Assembly (NCBI RefSeq): GCF_032062105.1
Contig: NW_026935438.1
Coordinates: forward strand, 310,001-374,000
DNA from: Saccostrea cucullata
Lineage: Eukaryota
Direction: 5' to 3'
Length of the DNA: 64,000 nucleotides
The notes beneath the pieces were generated by a model. The model saw nothing but the letters and a program-made list of their open reading frames with translations. It made no database searches and was not told the origin of the DNA. A program made the position numbers and the translations under genes. Shown piece by piece: positions 38,109 to 53,100 of the stretch; the first letter of the stretch is position 1, and the number at the start of each line of letters is the position of its first letter.

Positions 38109-41100
38109 ATGTTTGGTGCAAAGCCTTCGTTTTCCTTTGGAACAGGAAATGGTAAGATACTTATGCAAAACATGTTTCATAAATCCTGTATATTGTGGTT
38201 CATAGGGATTTCAAGATGTTAACTATTTATTGTTGGTTTCTTTTAGCTTCATTTGGAGGTGCCACGTCAACCCCTTTTGGTGCAGGTAAGAATTTTAAAA
38301 GTGTGCATTGATATCTTGGATAATGATGAGAATCCTAAACAACTCAGAACAATTATTATCTTGAAATGATTTTTATAGGGAGTACATCAACATTTGGAAA
38401 TGCAGCTAACAAAACATTTGGTGCCACACCAGCGTTTGGATCCCAGACCCCAAGTGCGGGAGGAACAGGTTTATTTGGTCAGCAGAGCACGTCTGGGGGG
38501 ACGGGGCTGTTTGGACAGCAGAACCCAGGGGCTTTTGGTGGCGCTGGCCAGTCAACAGGGTTCAGTATGTAGATGTTTTTGTACCAGTATAAATCTCAAA
38601 TTATGAATACCTTTTATCATGTTTCTAAGTGATTCATTTAAGAAGTTTTTATTTTATAACAATGTGATCACAATTTAAGTTAAAAGATAATTTGTGAAAT
38701 AAAGTCTGAAAGAGCTGAATGTTTATTTTTTGTAACAAATAATTATCTTATTTCAGCATTTGGTGCTACACCTGCCACAAACCCAGGAAGCAGTCTGTTT
38801 GGCCAGCAAAGCACAGCACAGACAGGTGGATTGTTTGCGTCACCGGTCTCCAGCACTAGTTTTGGTGCCAAGACCCCAGGGTTTGGAGGTAAGGCATCTT
38901 TGATGTTTCACCCATTCTTTTAGGATACTTTGCTTTGTGGACAGAATTTGCAAGCAAAACTATAATTTTTTTTAAAAATGGAAACATATTTCTTTTCATG
39001 TTCTTACAAGATATTTACATTATTTAGATTTTTTATGATTAAAAAAAAAAGAAGTTTTCATAATTTATACTCAAAGGTTTTGGAACAAGCACATCAACAG
39101 CTGGAGGGTTGTTTGGAAACACTCAGCAGACCACTTCTTTATTTGGAAACCCAAGTGGAAGTACAGGTAATATGAACAAAAACAACACCAAAAAAACAGA
39201 GAAACTTTGGAAAATTTCTATGCTGTATCAAAATCTTGGTAGTTGCTATTAAGATGTGTTATGATCTCATAGTATCTATCTAGAAAAGCAATTTTCTTGG
39301 AGAAAAAAGTTTTTCTTTCTATTAATGAGATTTTTTTTCTTCAATTTTACAGGTTTTGGTCAGTCAGCAAACATAAATGGAACCACTCTAAAATTCAACC
39401 CTCCAACAAGCCAAGACACAATGGTAAAGAATGGGGTCAGCACAAACATCAATACCCGACATCAATGTATTACAGCCATGAAGGAGTATCAAAGCAAAAG
39501 TCTGGAGGAGCTCCGAGTGGAAGACTATTTAGCAAATCGCAAAGGAAAACAAACAGCAACAGCATTTGCGACTCCGTCAGCATCAGGTGGCTTCTCTTTA
39601 CTACAGAACTCAAACATGGGTGTGTAGCTGAAAGCTGTTTGTTGACATGTTCCTCAGAATGCCTTTCATTCATGTCAACTCATCATGCTTCAGTTATCAC
39701 TTACCTTATAGGCTTTTATCATATCAGACACAGCAGCAAAAATAAGAACATTAATTTATGTTTAAGATGTAGTGTTCCTTGATTTAAGAATAGTTTTAAG
39801 AGGGAAACATCTAGCAGACTAATGTCTGTATTTCAATGTGATATGTTTTCTGGGAGCTTATTGTGGTTCATACGTTTCTTTGGGATATGAGAAATATTTT
39901 TAGGTTAGGAAACCCATGCACTATACATACAGTGTTATGTATATTTTCCTTCTCATTTCATATGAAAAAAAAAAAGAATTTATTTTTCAATTAGGGCTGT
40001 CACGGGTACCCAAAATGACCCGGAACTGCGGAACAATTAATTGGGGTCTGGTACGGTTCCGTTTTTTCCGGAATTCGGTTTGGTTCCGATTTGTATAATA
40101 GAGTAGATTTTGCTATAAAAATGGCGTCAAAAATGAGAGATTGATTAGTACATTGTCATTATAAGGTGATTTAAATAATTTGGTACAATTGTTGTCTAGT
40201 CAGGAGGCTACTTTAAACTGTTTATAATGTTGCAATTTCTAAGATTAAATGAAAATATTCTTTTTATTGTTGAAAATAATACAAATCATGAGCTTTTCTT
40301 CCATTACATACCCGACCCGAAAACCCGAAACCGAACCTAAAAAAATCAGAACCGACCCGACCCGAAAAATTTTGGAACCGTGACAGCCCTATTTTCAATA
40401 CATTGCAACATTTTACTGTGTGCTTATATCATGATGTATGTATGTCACAAGTTACAAATGTTATTCTTTTATTTTTCAAAATATGTGTATAAATATAGAC
40501 TGACAAAGTAAAGAATATTTTTATGTTCAATCGCAGCCTTTAACCCAACTCCAGCATCAACAGGAACTTCTTTGTTTGGACAACAACCACAGCAACAAAC
40601 CAGCAGTTTATTTGGACAGAATAAACCCCTCTTTGGGGCCTCAACTGCTACAGGAACAGGGACATCTGGCTTTTCTGGCTTTGGAACCACTACATCTACT
40701 TCCAGTTTGTTTGGTCAGCCATCTCAGAACAAGGTAAGCTTTCATTTCCTGATTATTATTGGAATTTCATTGCATTTTATTTACATTGTTTCAACTCCAT
40801 TGTAAAAGGGTAGTGAATTGGCCTATAAGAGCATCACATTTATTATTCCAGCCTCTCTTTGGAGCCACTCCATCCACACAGGCCTCAGGCTTTGGAGGAA
40901 CCAGTACAGGGTTTGGTGGATTTGGGGGAACCAGTACAGGCTTTGGACAAACCAGTGCAGCAGTAAGTTTCAACTAACACTACATAAATTTAATTCTCTG
41001 GTTATCAGGCCAATTTTTTCCAAAACAGATGCAGGAGGGTTTTTATCAATATGTTGGCAATAAAGTAGATGAGGGAGGTATTTTTTTTAATCCCAGAATT

Positions 41101-44100
41101 TTCTGATACTTTAAAATAGATGTTTGGAAAACAGCCACAGATGGCAAATTCAGATTTGGCATTACAAGGACAATTTTAATTATAAGGGGAAACATTCTTG
41201 AAAAACTGCTTTAAAATATTGCAAACAACTGAATGGAGATAATTTAAGAATTAACTGTAATTGATTTATTGTTTATTAAAAACCATCTAAGATATTTTAC
41301 TTGTAGATATAAATACAAGTACATTTGTTTTATTTTACAGGGCACAAGTCTGTTCAACTCCAAACCAGCTTTTGGAACTACTACCACTACTGCCAGTGGT
41401 TTTGGAACACCAGGCAGTAATTTGTTTGCCAAGCCAGCTACTGGGCCCAGTCTCTTCGGTACCACTTCACAACCCTCCACCTTTGGCACCTCAGGAGGAT
41501 TTTCCTTTGGCACAACTCCTGGTATAGGTACAGCATGATATCAGTTATATTGGAATAGATTTTTATTTAAATGGTTAATTATATCCTTTATCTAGGCTGG
41601 ATTTTTCTTTGCATTCAGAGTTTTTCTTGGTGTTTGTCCATAGTTGTACATCTTTTAATCCAATTTAATATAAGATCAAAAGAATTTGCCTCAAAATATT
41701 GTTATAAACTGTATGTAGCATTCTTCTTTTTGGATGATAAGTATATTTATATGAATCTAATTAAGAGTTCTTTATTACTTTTTAGGAACGAGTACTGGAG
41801 TGTTTGGAGCCAAGCCCACAACTTTTGGAAACACCAGTACATTTAATCTGGGTCAGACCTCGGCTTTCAACCTGAACAAACCATTTGGTACCAGCACAGG
41901 GATTAGTGGATTTGGTACAAGTACAGGTAGACACACCTTTATAATAAATATTTGTACATGTCATGTATTGACTGTACTCATACTATAACATTGCATTTTT
42001 AATAGTATACATGTACGTATATTTACACATGTACATGAACTAAGAATGGGTTGGGTTTTAGATAAATGTGGTTCACTACATTCATTATTGATATTTCAGG
42101 TTTTGGTGTAGGTACTGGGTTTCCTCAAGGAGGGGCTTCAACAACATTAAGCACGTAAGTCCTTGTCAATAGACAAAACTTTTCTTTTGATACTACGTTG
42201 AGAAAACAGTCATATTATCTACATGTACTTGTAAAAGATCCTGAGTTTTGACAACAATTCTCTTACTGACATTAATTTTCTAATTGACAGGGCAGCACCA
42301 CAGACAGCTCCTGTTCCTAACGAGGTCCAGATCAAACAGCAGTTAATGGCTCTGGCCAGTTCACCGTATGGCGATTCTCCTTTATTCTGGAATCTGAAAC
42401 CTGTAAGTATTTTAGCTCTGATATTAGCTTGAAAGATATGAAAATTAATTTAACATTATTATTTAATTTATATTTTCTGGGATAAAAAATGTCAGTGTTC
42501 TTGATGTAATTGTTGTTCATTGATTTCAGAGTGATAAGAAAAGAGAGGAGATCTTGAAACCAACAAACCCTTCAGCACAGAAAGCTGTTCTGTCCAATCA
42601 GTACAAAGTCAGCGCACGACCCACGACCAAAATTAAACCCAAATCTCTCCACAATATGCTGAATGGATCAAAGGTAAACATTTAATCATTATTTCTTATG
42701 AATTATTTGTATGGATTTCATTAGAAACTACATTTATTTGGATGAAAGACTGACTTTTAATTTGGTTAAATGATTTCAAATAACACTTTTTCACTGTTTT
42801 AAAGACACACATGTTTGAGGGCCTGGAAGATGATGATTTCAGTGGAGGAAATGAAAGCTTCATGCCAAAGAAAAGCATCAAGAAGCTTGTCATCCGGAAA
42901 GGGAGCTCTAACTCTACTTCTCCAAGCCGTGCCTCCTCTGTGTTAGGAGAGTCAGAAAATCAGAGCCTCAACGAACCAGAAGTCACCCAGAATGGAAACT
43001 CATTGTAAGTCTCTCTTATGAATAATAATTCTATTTCTGTGTTTTCCTTTGACACAATCTTAAACATTTCTCAAACATTGTGATGTGTATTAATTTTTGT
43101 TTATTTATTTTTTGATAGTTTATTGATTCATACATAGTTTCCTACTATGTCCTGTTTTTTTCAGTAGTTTACATGACCGACTGGAAAAAGAGCCTAAAGC
43201 CCCTGAAGTTCACCTTTCTCAGAAGCCAGTCTCAGAAAATTTTGATGACACAATATCTCAGTTAAACGTACAACAGATCCGAGTCCCGATAACTTCTAAA
43301 TCAGCAGATGACACAGATCTCAGTCTTAATCAAACTGTGGATGAGAGCATCGAGAGACCAGTAAGTCAACATCCTTATTTCTCTTTTGAATTTCTGAACT
43401 CAGTTTATTTTTATCATTTCATGAGGAGTCTCTAAAACTGTAGAGGGTACATGATTATACATGTAGAAGCTAAGATAGTGACTGTATAATGATATACATG
43501 TTGAATATCTTTTAACTTTGCAGACCACACCCCCTCCACCTAACCTTGCTGGAATAATCCTAACTCGACCTGGGTATTACACAATCCCCTCTATTGAGGA
43601 GCTGTGTGAACTTGTGGATGAGAATGGGGACTGTTTTGTGGAAGGACTGACAGTGGGAAGGGAGGGATATGGAAGTATATACTTTCATGGACCTCTCAAT
43701 GTAGCCAACCTGAATCTGGATGATATAGGTAAGAATTTGTCTGGTTACTTTTACTCAGGCTAAAAATGACTGTTATGATACATGACATATATCTTTGTAA
43801 AATTCCATTTGCTTTATGTTTGTAGCAAGTTTTAGTATTTGCATAACATATTGCATGTCTTTACAGTGCACATTCGCCGTAAGGAAGTGATTGTATACCC
43901 TGATGATGATAACAAGCCTCCTGAAGGGGAAGAATTGAACAGGAAGGCAGAAATTACACTGGACTGTGTATGGCCTACAGATAAAACCACTCGATCCTAC
44001 ATCAAAGTAAGTTCCCTTGATGACTCGGCCATTTATTCACACCCTCTCTCAGAAAGTGGTAGATTGAAATACCATTGGACACTGTAAAACAGAGAATAAC

Positions 44101-47100
44101 AATGAGATTTCGTTTAATTCACACTGTGAAACTGTCAGAGAATATCAATGAAACTTCTTTTTAATTCACATTCTGATTGTTTTAAGGATCCAGAGAGATT
44201 AAAAGCCTTGGGTTACCATGAGAAGATGGAGGAAATTACTGCACGCATTGGAGGTCGATTTTTGGACTATCGTCCAGAGACAGGCTCATGGGTATTTGAG
44301 GTAAGTCTTTTAATTCATTGAATGCCTGTTTATAATGGTTGTATTCAGTTGTAATTGATTTTTTTTGCAGTAAGAAAATTTTCACTAGTTTCTGAATAAA
44401 TTTCTTTTTAAAAAAAAAAAAAGCAATGGATCTTAAACATTCATTTTCATCAATGTAAATTGAATCTCAGTATTTCAACTTTTTTTAGGTGAAGCATTTT
44501 ACAAAGTACGGTCTGGAAGATAGTGACGAGGAGGATTTGTCTGCCCTTGCTCAAATGAAGAAAACGAGCCAGGTTAGTACCTCCTCATACTAGAGAGTTC
44601 CACACCCCACTGGACCAGTGGATCCACCCTCAATGGATGGTCATCTCTGGATCTTAGGGGAAATGTTCTGTATAAGGACACAAACTGAAAACAGAGCATT
44701 GTGAATATATAAAAAAAAAAATGTTTATCCGTGCTTGCGTTTAATATGTAAATATGTGTAGGTAATGAAAAACACAAATATGTTCTCAGTATAAACAGTG
44801 TAATTATAACTATTGGGATTTTTTTGTCTGTGTGTTTGTAAATGCATGTTTATGTGGATTAACCAGCATACATATTTCTTTTAATTGTATTCTGTGAATA
44901 TGGTTTATTTTTAATTGTGCCAGGATGTACCACTTAACTAGACTTTATTGCAAATTTGGGCTGTGATTGATTGGTAAATTTTACAAAGTGCAATGGTTTT
45001 ATGAAATTATAAATGTTTTTAGCAGTTTTACTTGTATGAATATGTACATTTTTATTGTAATACTTTTTATTTCAAACAATATTATAAACACTATAACCTT
45101 TCTTTGAATTTTAAGTCGATTATCAATAAACTTAATAAACTTTTATTTATGATAAAGTCATCATCATTGATTGTTTTGTGTACATATACTTGTTTATACA
45201 TGTTTTGATTTACTTTGAAGTTTGTGGAAGCAATGTATATCATTGTGAATTGTTCATAAAAAAAAACTTGCTTGTTGCAGTTTATGTTTTTCTTTTTATT
45301 TATGATTATTATAGTTTTATCAATTTTTTATTTGATTTTTCCTTTCCTCTTTTGTTCTCAATTTATAAAATAATTATAAATATGCTTTTAGTATGGTTTC
45401 TTGTACATAGAAATCAAAGGGATTGGTAATACTATACCCAAGTCATTATTTTATATGAATGCTTGTTTATCTGTCCTCTGCCAGCAATAGCAGGTAGCTT
45501 CTGATTGACTCTTAGAGGAATTTTGTACATCAGGTTAAATTGAGTAAAAAACAAAGATTGAAATACCACATCTTGCTTATTGATACTTAATGGTATTGCT
45601 ACTGCAGAAATTTGAATGTTTTTTTTTGTTTTAATTTATCAAGTGGCAATAAAAGAACCACAGAAATTTCCTGTAACATGTTATGTTATTTTGAAAAAAA
45701 AATATTTAAAACATATTCAACATAATTTTCTCTATTATTTATATTTATGTAAACGGGGAACGCTGGTAGAGGATAGAATAAATATGTTTATTTTGTTTTA
45801 TTTTGTACATTAAATCATTAAAGTTATATGAGGCATGTGTTACTTTTGAAGTTATTGTTTGGAGGACATAGGTATTGATTGATGATTGAGAATAATAGCA
45901 ACCTCATTGCCAACCAGAGGATGAAACCGAGGCATTAGATTAGTTTATATTTATTTGAATTTCTTCATTTGGAAAGATTCCAAGATGATCTGTGCGAACA
46001 AGCAGTGAATGTACATACTTGTAGAAGTGGAATGAATTATAGTAAAACACGCTTATTGCAAAGTGCCAGGGACAGATGGTTTTGCTTTCTTATAAACATA
46101 TTCATTAATTCTGTCAAGTTTATAATATATGTTAAAGCTATGGGGAATGAAAATCACTTTGCAATAAGCATCAACTTGTTATAAGCGTGTTTAACTATAT
46201 AGAGAAGGTAGAAAAATGATTTGTAATGATTGAGGTTGTAATAGTGAAGAAAATCAGCAGCATAAATACTGTATTTGGCATGTACGATATTTGGCGGAAA
46301 ATAAGTTTTCAACAAGTTAGTGTAGATTTTAATAAGTGCTAGCTGAATGTGCTAGATATACATGTAAATGTATGATATACAAGACATTTAGCAATGTACT
46401 TGATTTAGCGAACTCTGTTTTCCACCAAAATCACTAAATAGAATACACCACTAAATTTTAATACATTCACAGTATTGTATAAGTGGAAATTTTAGCGAAA
46501 CACAAATTTAGTGATTTGTCCTTAAAAATTGGTAGTCTACTTTTAGCAAGATGTTATTTTAGCAAATTTAAAAAGTTCACTAAAGAAGCTTTTACAAGGA
46601 AAGCAATATTAATTTTTAGCGAAATTCAGTTTTAGCGATCTCATCACCCTCGCTAATAATGCCAAAATTAAATCCTCGCTAAAAATTCTGCCTTTACGGT
46701 ATATTGTGCTACTGAAAAAAATTGAAAGATTTTTTCTGGTAATAAAATTGTGTTCAAGTAGGAGTTGTAGAGAGTACAAACCAGAGACCTATTAAATGGA
46801 TAAAATGAGCAGTTGCAGCAATTAGTTTAATTGGGGATTATATTCAATACAGAAATATCAATATGTTTTGATATACTGATACCGACTGGTAGGTATAGTA
46901 ATTTTTTTTTTATCTGTAGAAAGCTCAAGTGAATGGAAAACCTGTGCCTCCAGCAATGGGAGAAAAGAAAGCTGCCCCAAAGATGTCCTTGATGAGTGAG
47001 GTACCAGCTGCCCCACCCCCAGACACGGCGGTGCCCATGACAGAGGACGATGCCCTCACAGATATCACCCAGGAGACCGCTCCAGACAGCATGGTGGAGG

Positions 47101-50100
47101 AATATACAGGTTAGAGACTTAAAGGGTTACAATTAGGCCATCACAAATATCTTCAAATTTTCGGAGTAGGCTTTATTTGGCATGCAAGCTATGAAAATAT
47201 GAATTATTAGTTTTACTAAATGTCCAACTTGAGCAGATGATCTGGCCAGCTGACCACTGTTAGACAGACTTTCCAAAAGCTGCACTAATAGAAAAAAGAA
47301 ATCATAATACTGGTCTAATTTGTCAAAAAATAAAATTAAGCTCACATATTTTTACAGTTATGAAAGACATGTAACTTTCAAATCAATAGAATGTCAATAT
47401 ATCATGTTGAACTGTTCGAATTTTTACTATTCAAATGCACCCAGATTCCTGCCAAATATAAGTTTTTTCGGTTATTTATCAAGTGAATAATACAGACAAA
47501 TACAGCCAGACATTGTTATTTTGGACAAATCTTTATGATTTTATAACCTTGTTTATTACTGTAGGTGAGGGGTATGAGGATGAAATGGACGAGCAGCCCT
47601 CCTCCCACCGCCTGGCTCAGAGTATGGGGGTCAGTGCCCAGAACATGCAGGTCATGAAGGCCTCATTCTTCCAGGAAGAAGAAGCTCCACCACAGCAGGG
47701 TAACATGACTTAGTCAATTCAACTCATTGTGAAATAAAGAATTCAAACTTAAGAAAAATATAATTGGGTTATGAGTCTAAGATTATCAACTGCAAGAAAA
47801 ATTGATATGCCACTACAATACTCTTAATATAAAAGTTAATTTGAAAACAAAAATCAGAATATCTGTTTAAATAATTCCTCTATGATTCTTACTGACTTGT
47901 TCTGCATGTTTTCAATGTGTGGATATTTTGTTAAACAGACATATTAAGTTCTACTCGTCTGAGTGGGAAGAAGGAAGCGAGTATGTTCAGCGATGCCTAC
48001 AAGAATTCCTTGATGTCTCCGGTCAAGCTCTCAGGCATCCCTAAAAATGTTAGCATTGAAAGAGGTATGTTTGCATTTTTTTTCTTTGTCAGGCCATAAG
48101 TTTTGAACAAAAAGTGGTGCTTAGAATTAATTTATTTTTCTGTAGATTCTATTTGATTATTTGATAATTTTGAAGTTTAGTCAATAATCAAGTATCTTTA
48201 CATGTTTGTTGGAAAATAGCCTTGAAATTTCAATCTACTGGTAAAGAGACATTTCAATCTACTTGTATAGAGACAGAGCAATGGTTTAAAGAAAATTTTC
48301 TGTTTAGGTGCCTTTCCACCAAGGATTGTAACTCCAGAACCAATCCGGCCAGCCAAATCCAAATTCCACATGCCTCCGGTGGATGAGCACCTTCCACTTC
48401 CTACTGGGATGAAGTCGGATGACCTGCCACGTCGGATAGTAGGGGCTAGGATAACGAGATCTATTCCAGAGTTCCGGGACTCCACAATGTATGATAAGCA
48501 GGATGTTATAGTTGATGCGGCCCTGTTCCATGGTCGGTCGTTCCGTGTGGGCTGGGGACCAGGCTGGACGTTTGCACATGCTGGATCAACAGTTACGCAA
48601 CAAGTCACAGGTTAGAAAAATTTGAAAAGTTTTCTAGATTGTAGTATTCTGATTTTTGTTTCCAGATCAATTAACATGTGTATATTAAATGTTGTAGGTG
48701 CAGAAGAAACATCTTTCTCAGTCTTATCAAGCTCAAGGAAAAAGAAAGTTGGTCCCACTAGCTGGAATGTGGCTGTAGAAAAGTTAGATGTGACATCTTA
48801 CTTCCAACCTGAGGACCCAGTTGTCGTGGTAATCTATATGCAGTTTATCTAGCAATCCTTTTAGCATCCACAATTTTCTTGTTTTAAGGAAATCAAGATG
48901 ATAATGCTTTATTTTCCAAGACTTTTAAGTAAGTTGAACTTATAAGACAATGACATTCATTTTAGAATTTTTGCAATGATTCTCTTCCTTTTTTTTAGTG
49001 TTGGGTCTGTGTATATATTTGTGTTGAATTTTAGCGAAACCATGAAGAGTTGCTGTCCATACAGTTAGAACACTCCAGGAGGGATGTGGAGGAGGGGTGC
49101 CCGGTCTTTGCCCCCAGGGAGGGAGAGACAGCCCTGCAGCACATTGTGGACCAGATCAAGCAGGATAAGGAGAACTCAGGTAAGATAGGTATATAAACAC
49201 TACAATGTATGATATTGTTATAAAAGCTCACAGCTATAAATCTAGAAGGAAACTTTAAAGTCATTGTATTCACATATTTACAAACTGTATTTGTAATATT
49301 TAATGGCAGTGTGTACCCATGAATTGATTGTTACTGTATACAAAAAATTGATGTTTATTTGTACTTACTTTAGTCACATTAATTTGTGTTGTAATTTTAC
49401 AGTGTGTACAGTGTACACATGACTGAATGATTACAAGTTATATTGTATAATGTATATTACAGAGGGACATCCAGACTTTGACAGTGTCAGCTACTCAGAG
49501 ACTTTGTGGAACCTTTGCTCTGCTCTCTTTGGGAATTTACCAGGTACTTATGTAATCTTTCTTGTTTACTATGTTCATTTAGGTGCCTTATGATAAATTA
49601 TGTGTCTTTTTGTTTGTCATTTCATCTTCCTTCCATCAACACACATTTAACTTCTTTCATTTTAATAAATCTTTAAAAATGGAAAAGAAATACAGAGTAG
49701 TTAAAGGAATGCATGTGAAGATTTTGGATCACTTTATCAAGGTCAAAAGTCAAAGGTTAAGATAATGGCTATAAACTGAACACAAGCTCATTCTGACTCT
49801 GTCCGTTTTCTTGCTAATATTCTTCTCTCTCTGTGTGTTTGCCTCTAAAATAAGATGTCTAAGACTGAGTTGTATTTTGGCCCTTGTATTTCAGATGACA
49901 TTGCTAACCTTTATGAAGTACAACATGCCAGAAGAGAGGCCGTGTCAAAATGGCTATCCTCCACAGCCAGTGATAAAATCAAAAAGGAGATTCAAGAAGC
50001 CAAGTATAGGGTTTGTAACACCTTTAATTCAAGTACATTGTACAAGATTGTGGTAGCATTTGTAGAGTTTTGTAATCTTTGATTACCTATGATTTCAGTT

Positions 50101-53100
50101 GTGTACATGTGTATAAAGTATTGTCTTTCTTGCAGGGAAAGAATCACCTACCCGCTCTGTTTGCTCACCTGACGGGTGGACAGGTGGCAGAGGCCTGCAG
50201 TCTATCCCAGAAGAGTGGGGATACAAGACTGGCCTTGGTTCTGTCACAGTGTGTAGGCAGTTATATTCCCAAACAACTTCTGGACATGCAGCTCAATGAA
50301 TGGGCAGAGTTAGGGGTGAGTGTGTAATCTTAAGAAGGAAGTATTAAGTTTTTAATGTTCTTTAGATAAATAAATTGTATCTTATTGGTATATTATTACA
50401 CCTCTGATTTTGATTTATAGGCCTTTAAGTTTATTGAGGAGTTGCGTCTGAAGCTGTATGCTCTACTAGCTGGGCGCCTGGTGTGGCAGGCCCCCCAAAC
50501 AATAGTTAATACCTGTGTGGATCTGGACTGGAAGAGAGCTTTTGCTTTACATTTATGGTAAGATTGTTTTATAGCATTTAAATAAAGATTAAAAAAACAT
50601 TAACTGATGTATTTCATTTAGATTTTTTCAAGGACTTTTTATTTACAAACAAAATCTGAATTTTAGGTACATGTGTCCACCAACTGCTCCTGCCCAGATC
50701 CACAAAGCCCTGGAGGAATATGAGATGGGATATAGAGGAGACTCTCCCCTAGGGATGTATTGTAGCCCTCCATTACCCCCATACCTAGAGGAAAGTGAAA
50801 GTGGGGATAAAGAAAACATCCAAGATACTACCTACCACTTACTCAAACTGTACTGTCAACGTACCTACCCACTAGAGAGCTTATTTAACCCCATGTCATC
50901 TACAGTGAATCACATGGACTACAGACTTAGGTGAGGGTTTAGATATTCAAAAACCTCTTGTGACACATTTTGTAAATTTTTTAAGATTGAAGATTCTACT
51001 CGGTTTTATTTATTGTGTTGGTAAATGAAATTCTTTTTACTAATTAAGATTTTGAACTGAACTATAGTGTATTTGATTTGACTTTCTGTTCCAGCTGGCA
51101 TCTACAACAGGTACTCCAATCTGTGGAAGCCCAGTACCGTCATCTGTCTGCCTACCACACTGCCTGTCTACACCTCAGCTTCGCCGCCCAGCTGGAGTCT
51201 ATAGGGATGTGGGAGTGGGCCGTGTTTGTGGTACTGCACCTAGAGGACAGGCGAAGGTAAATACCTGTATAAAGGTCTACATTTACATAGAATTACATAA
51301 AGAAATTATCTTCATCTTCATAGCAAAGTAACAGAATGATTGCTTATGTCTGTTTTAAAAAAAGTGCAAATGTTTGAATCTCTGTTTGATGAAAGCCTGA
51401 CATTTTGTTTCTATAGCCGAGAGTGGAGGACACGGGATCTGTTGAGCAGAAATGTGTCGGTGAAAGAAGAGTTTGATGAAAAGGAAATTTTTCTGAGAGA
51501 GAAGCTTGATGTTCCTGTAGAGTGGATTCACTTTGCTAAGGTTTGTACAAATACAGTGAAACCTGATTATTTCAAACTTGATGGAATGAAAACAAAATTA
51601 TCCAAGATATGTGTAAGGATTCAAGATGTCGAGAGTAAAATACAGTGGTCCTTCAGATATCCGGACGCCAGATATCCGGATGCTTCAGTATCCGTACGAC
51701 TTTTCATGGGAACAGAATTCTTTAATGTTATTTTGTTTTGTTTAACTGGTAATTCAGATATCCGGACGCTTCACATATCCGGACAAATGACTAGGAACCA
51801 AAGCGTCCGGATAAATGAGGGTCCACTGCACATGTACTTAATTAATAAGTGATAGGGACTGTCAAATTACTGTAAATCACTTTTTATTCGCGAGAACTTT
51901 ATTTACGCGTAATTACGCAAGACAGTGTGCTTGTGAAAATTTGATTCTCGCGTATAATAATATTACTTAAGATTATATAGAGCAATAACCAAAAGTTTTG
52001 TCTCGCTAATCAAGAGTCAATGACTATCTCGCGAAAATAAGGTGTCGCAAAAATTTAGTGATCTACAGTACTTTGACATATCCAATGTTCAATACAACAT
52101 ATGTATTGAAGTTCAGCTAACTTGTATGGTAAATTTTAATTGAAGATCTGTGATTTTATCATGTTTTGCTTTGGTATTGATATAGGATTTTGATATGCGA
52201 TTCTTTTTTACCAAACAGGCACAGAAAGCTCGATATAATAGGAATTCTCATGCTGAAGCTGTTCATTTACTGAAGTCCAGAAGGTGGAATGAATGTCATA
52301 AAGTCATTCTGCGACATTTGTCCTCTGATGCCATAATTAACGGTACAGTACATAATAAGTTTTTCTGGGATTCTGCTATGGGAAAGAGTACAGAATATAA
52401 CTATTAATTTTTTTTTTTACAGAGAACAATAGTTACCTGTATGGTTTCCTGGTAGAGCTGGCACCACCTGACAGGTGTAAACAGATCCTAGACTGGTCTG
52501 TAGGGGGACAGGTGTTGTTAGATTATCTTACACTAGTTCAAAATCTGGAGCAGTTAAAACTGGAAGTGGAGAGAGATGGGGTATGTTGTTATACAGTGTT
52601 CTGGGAAACTTGTTCACTCATGACAGAAAACTTTCTGAATTCTGAATTGCCATTCAATTTGAATTTCTTGTACAGTTAACACTTTCTCTTCAGAAATATT
52701 AACATCCCCCCTCCCCATTTTGTAACATCTTAACTTACGTGATGGATATACTAATCACCACATGTTCCTACTTTTTCATGCACTAATGACTTACTGAGGC
52801 AAATGGGGTATTCTGAAAAGTTAAACGCAAATACAGTTAATTCATATTCATTGCAAACAAATGAGTGAGGAAATCTGCTAGATTATTACATGGAGTGTGT
52901 GAAAACCAAAGTCCATTGTACATATTGAGGTATGATATAATATTGGTCCTGTTTGTTAAGCATTCATACATTTTTGTTTATTTTAGCGTGAGAGTGTAGT
53001 TAATATAGATGGTCTGAGGTCAGACATCACGTCCCTGTGTGAGCGGATCTCTAACCTCCCTTGTTATCAGTCCAGGGACAGGTGAGTGTTGTATATACAC

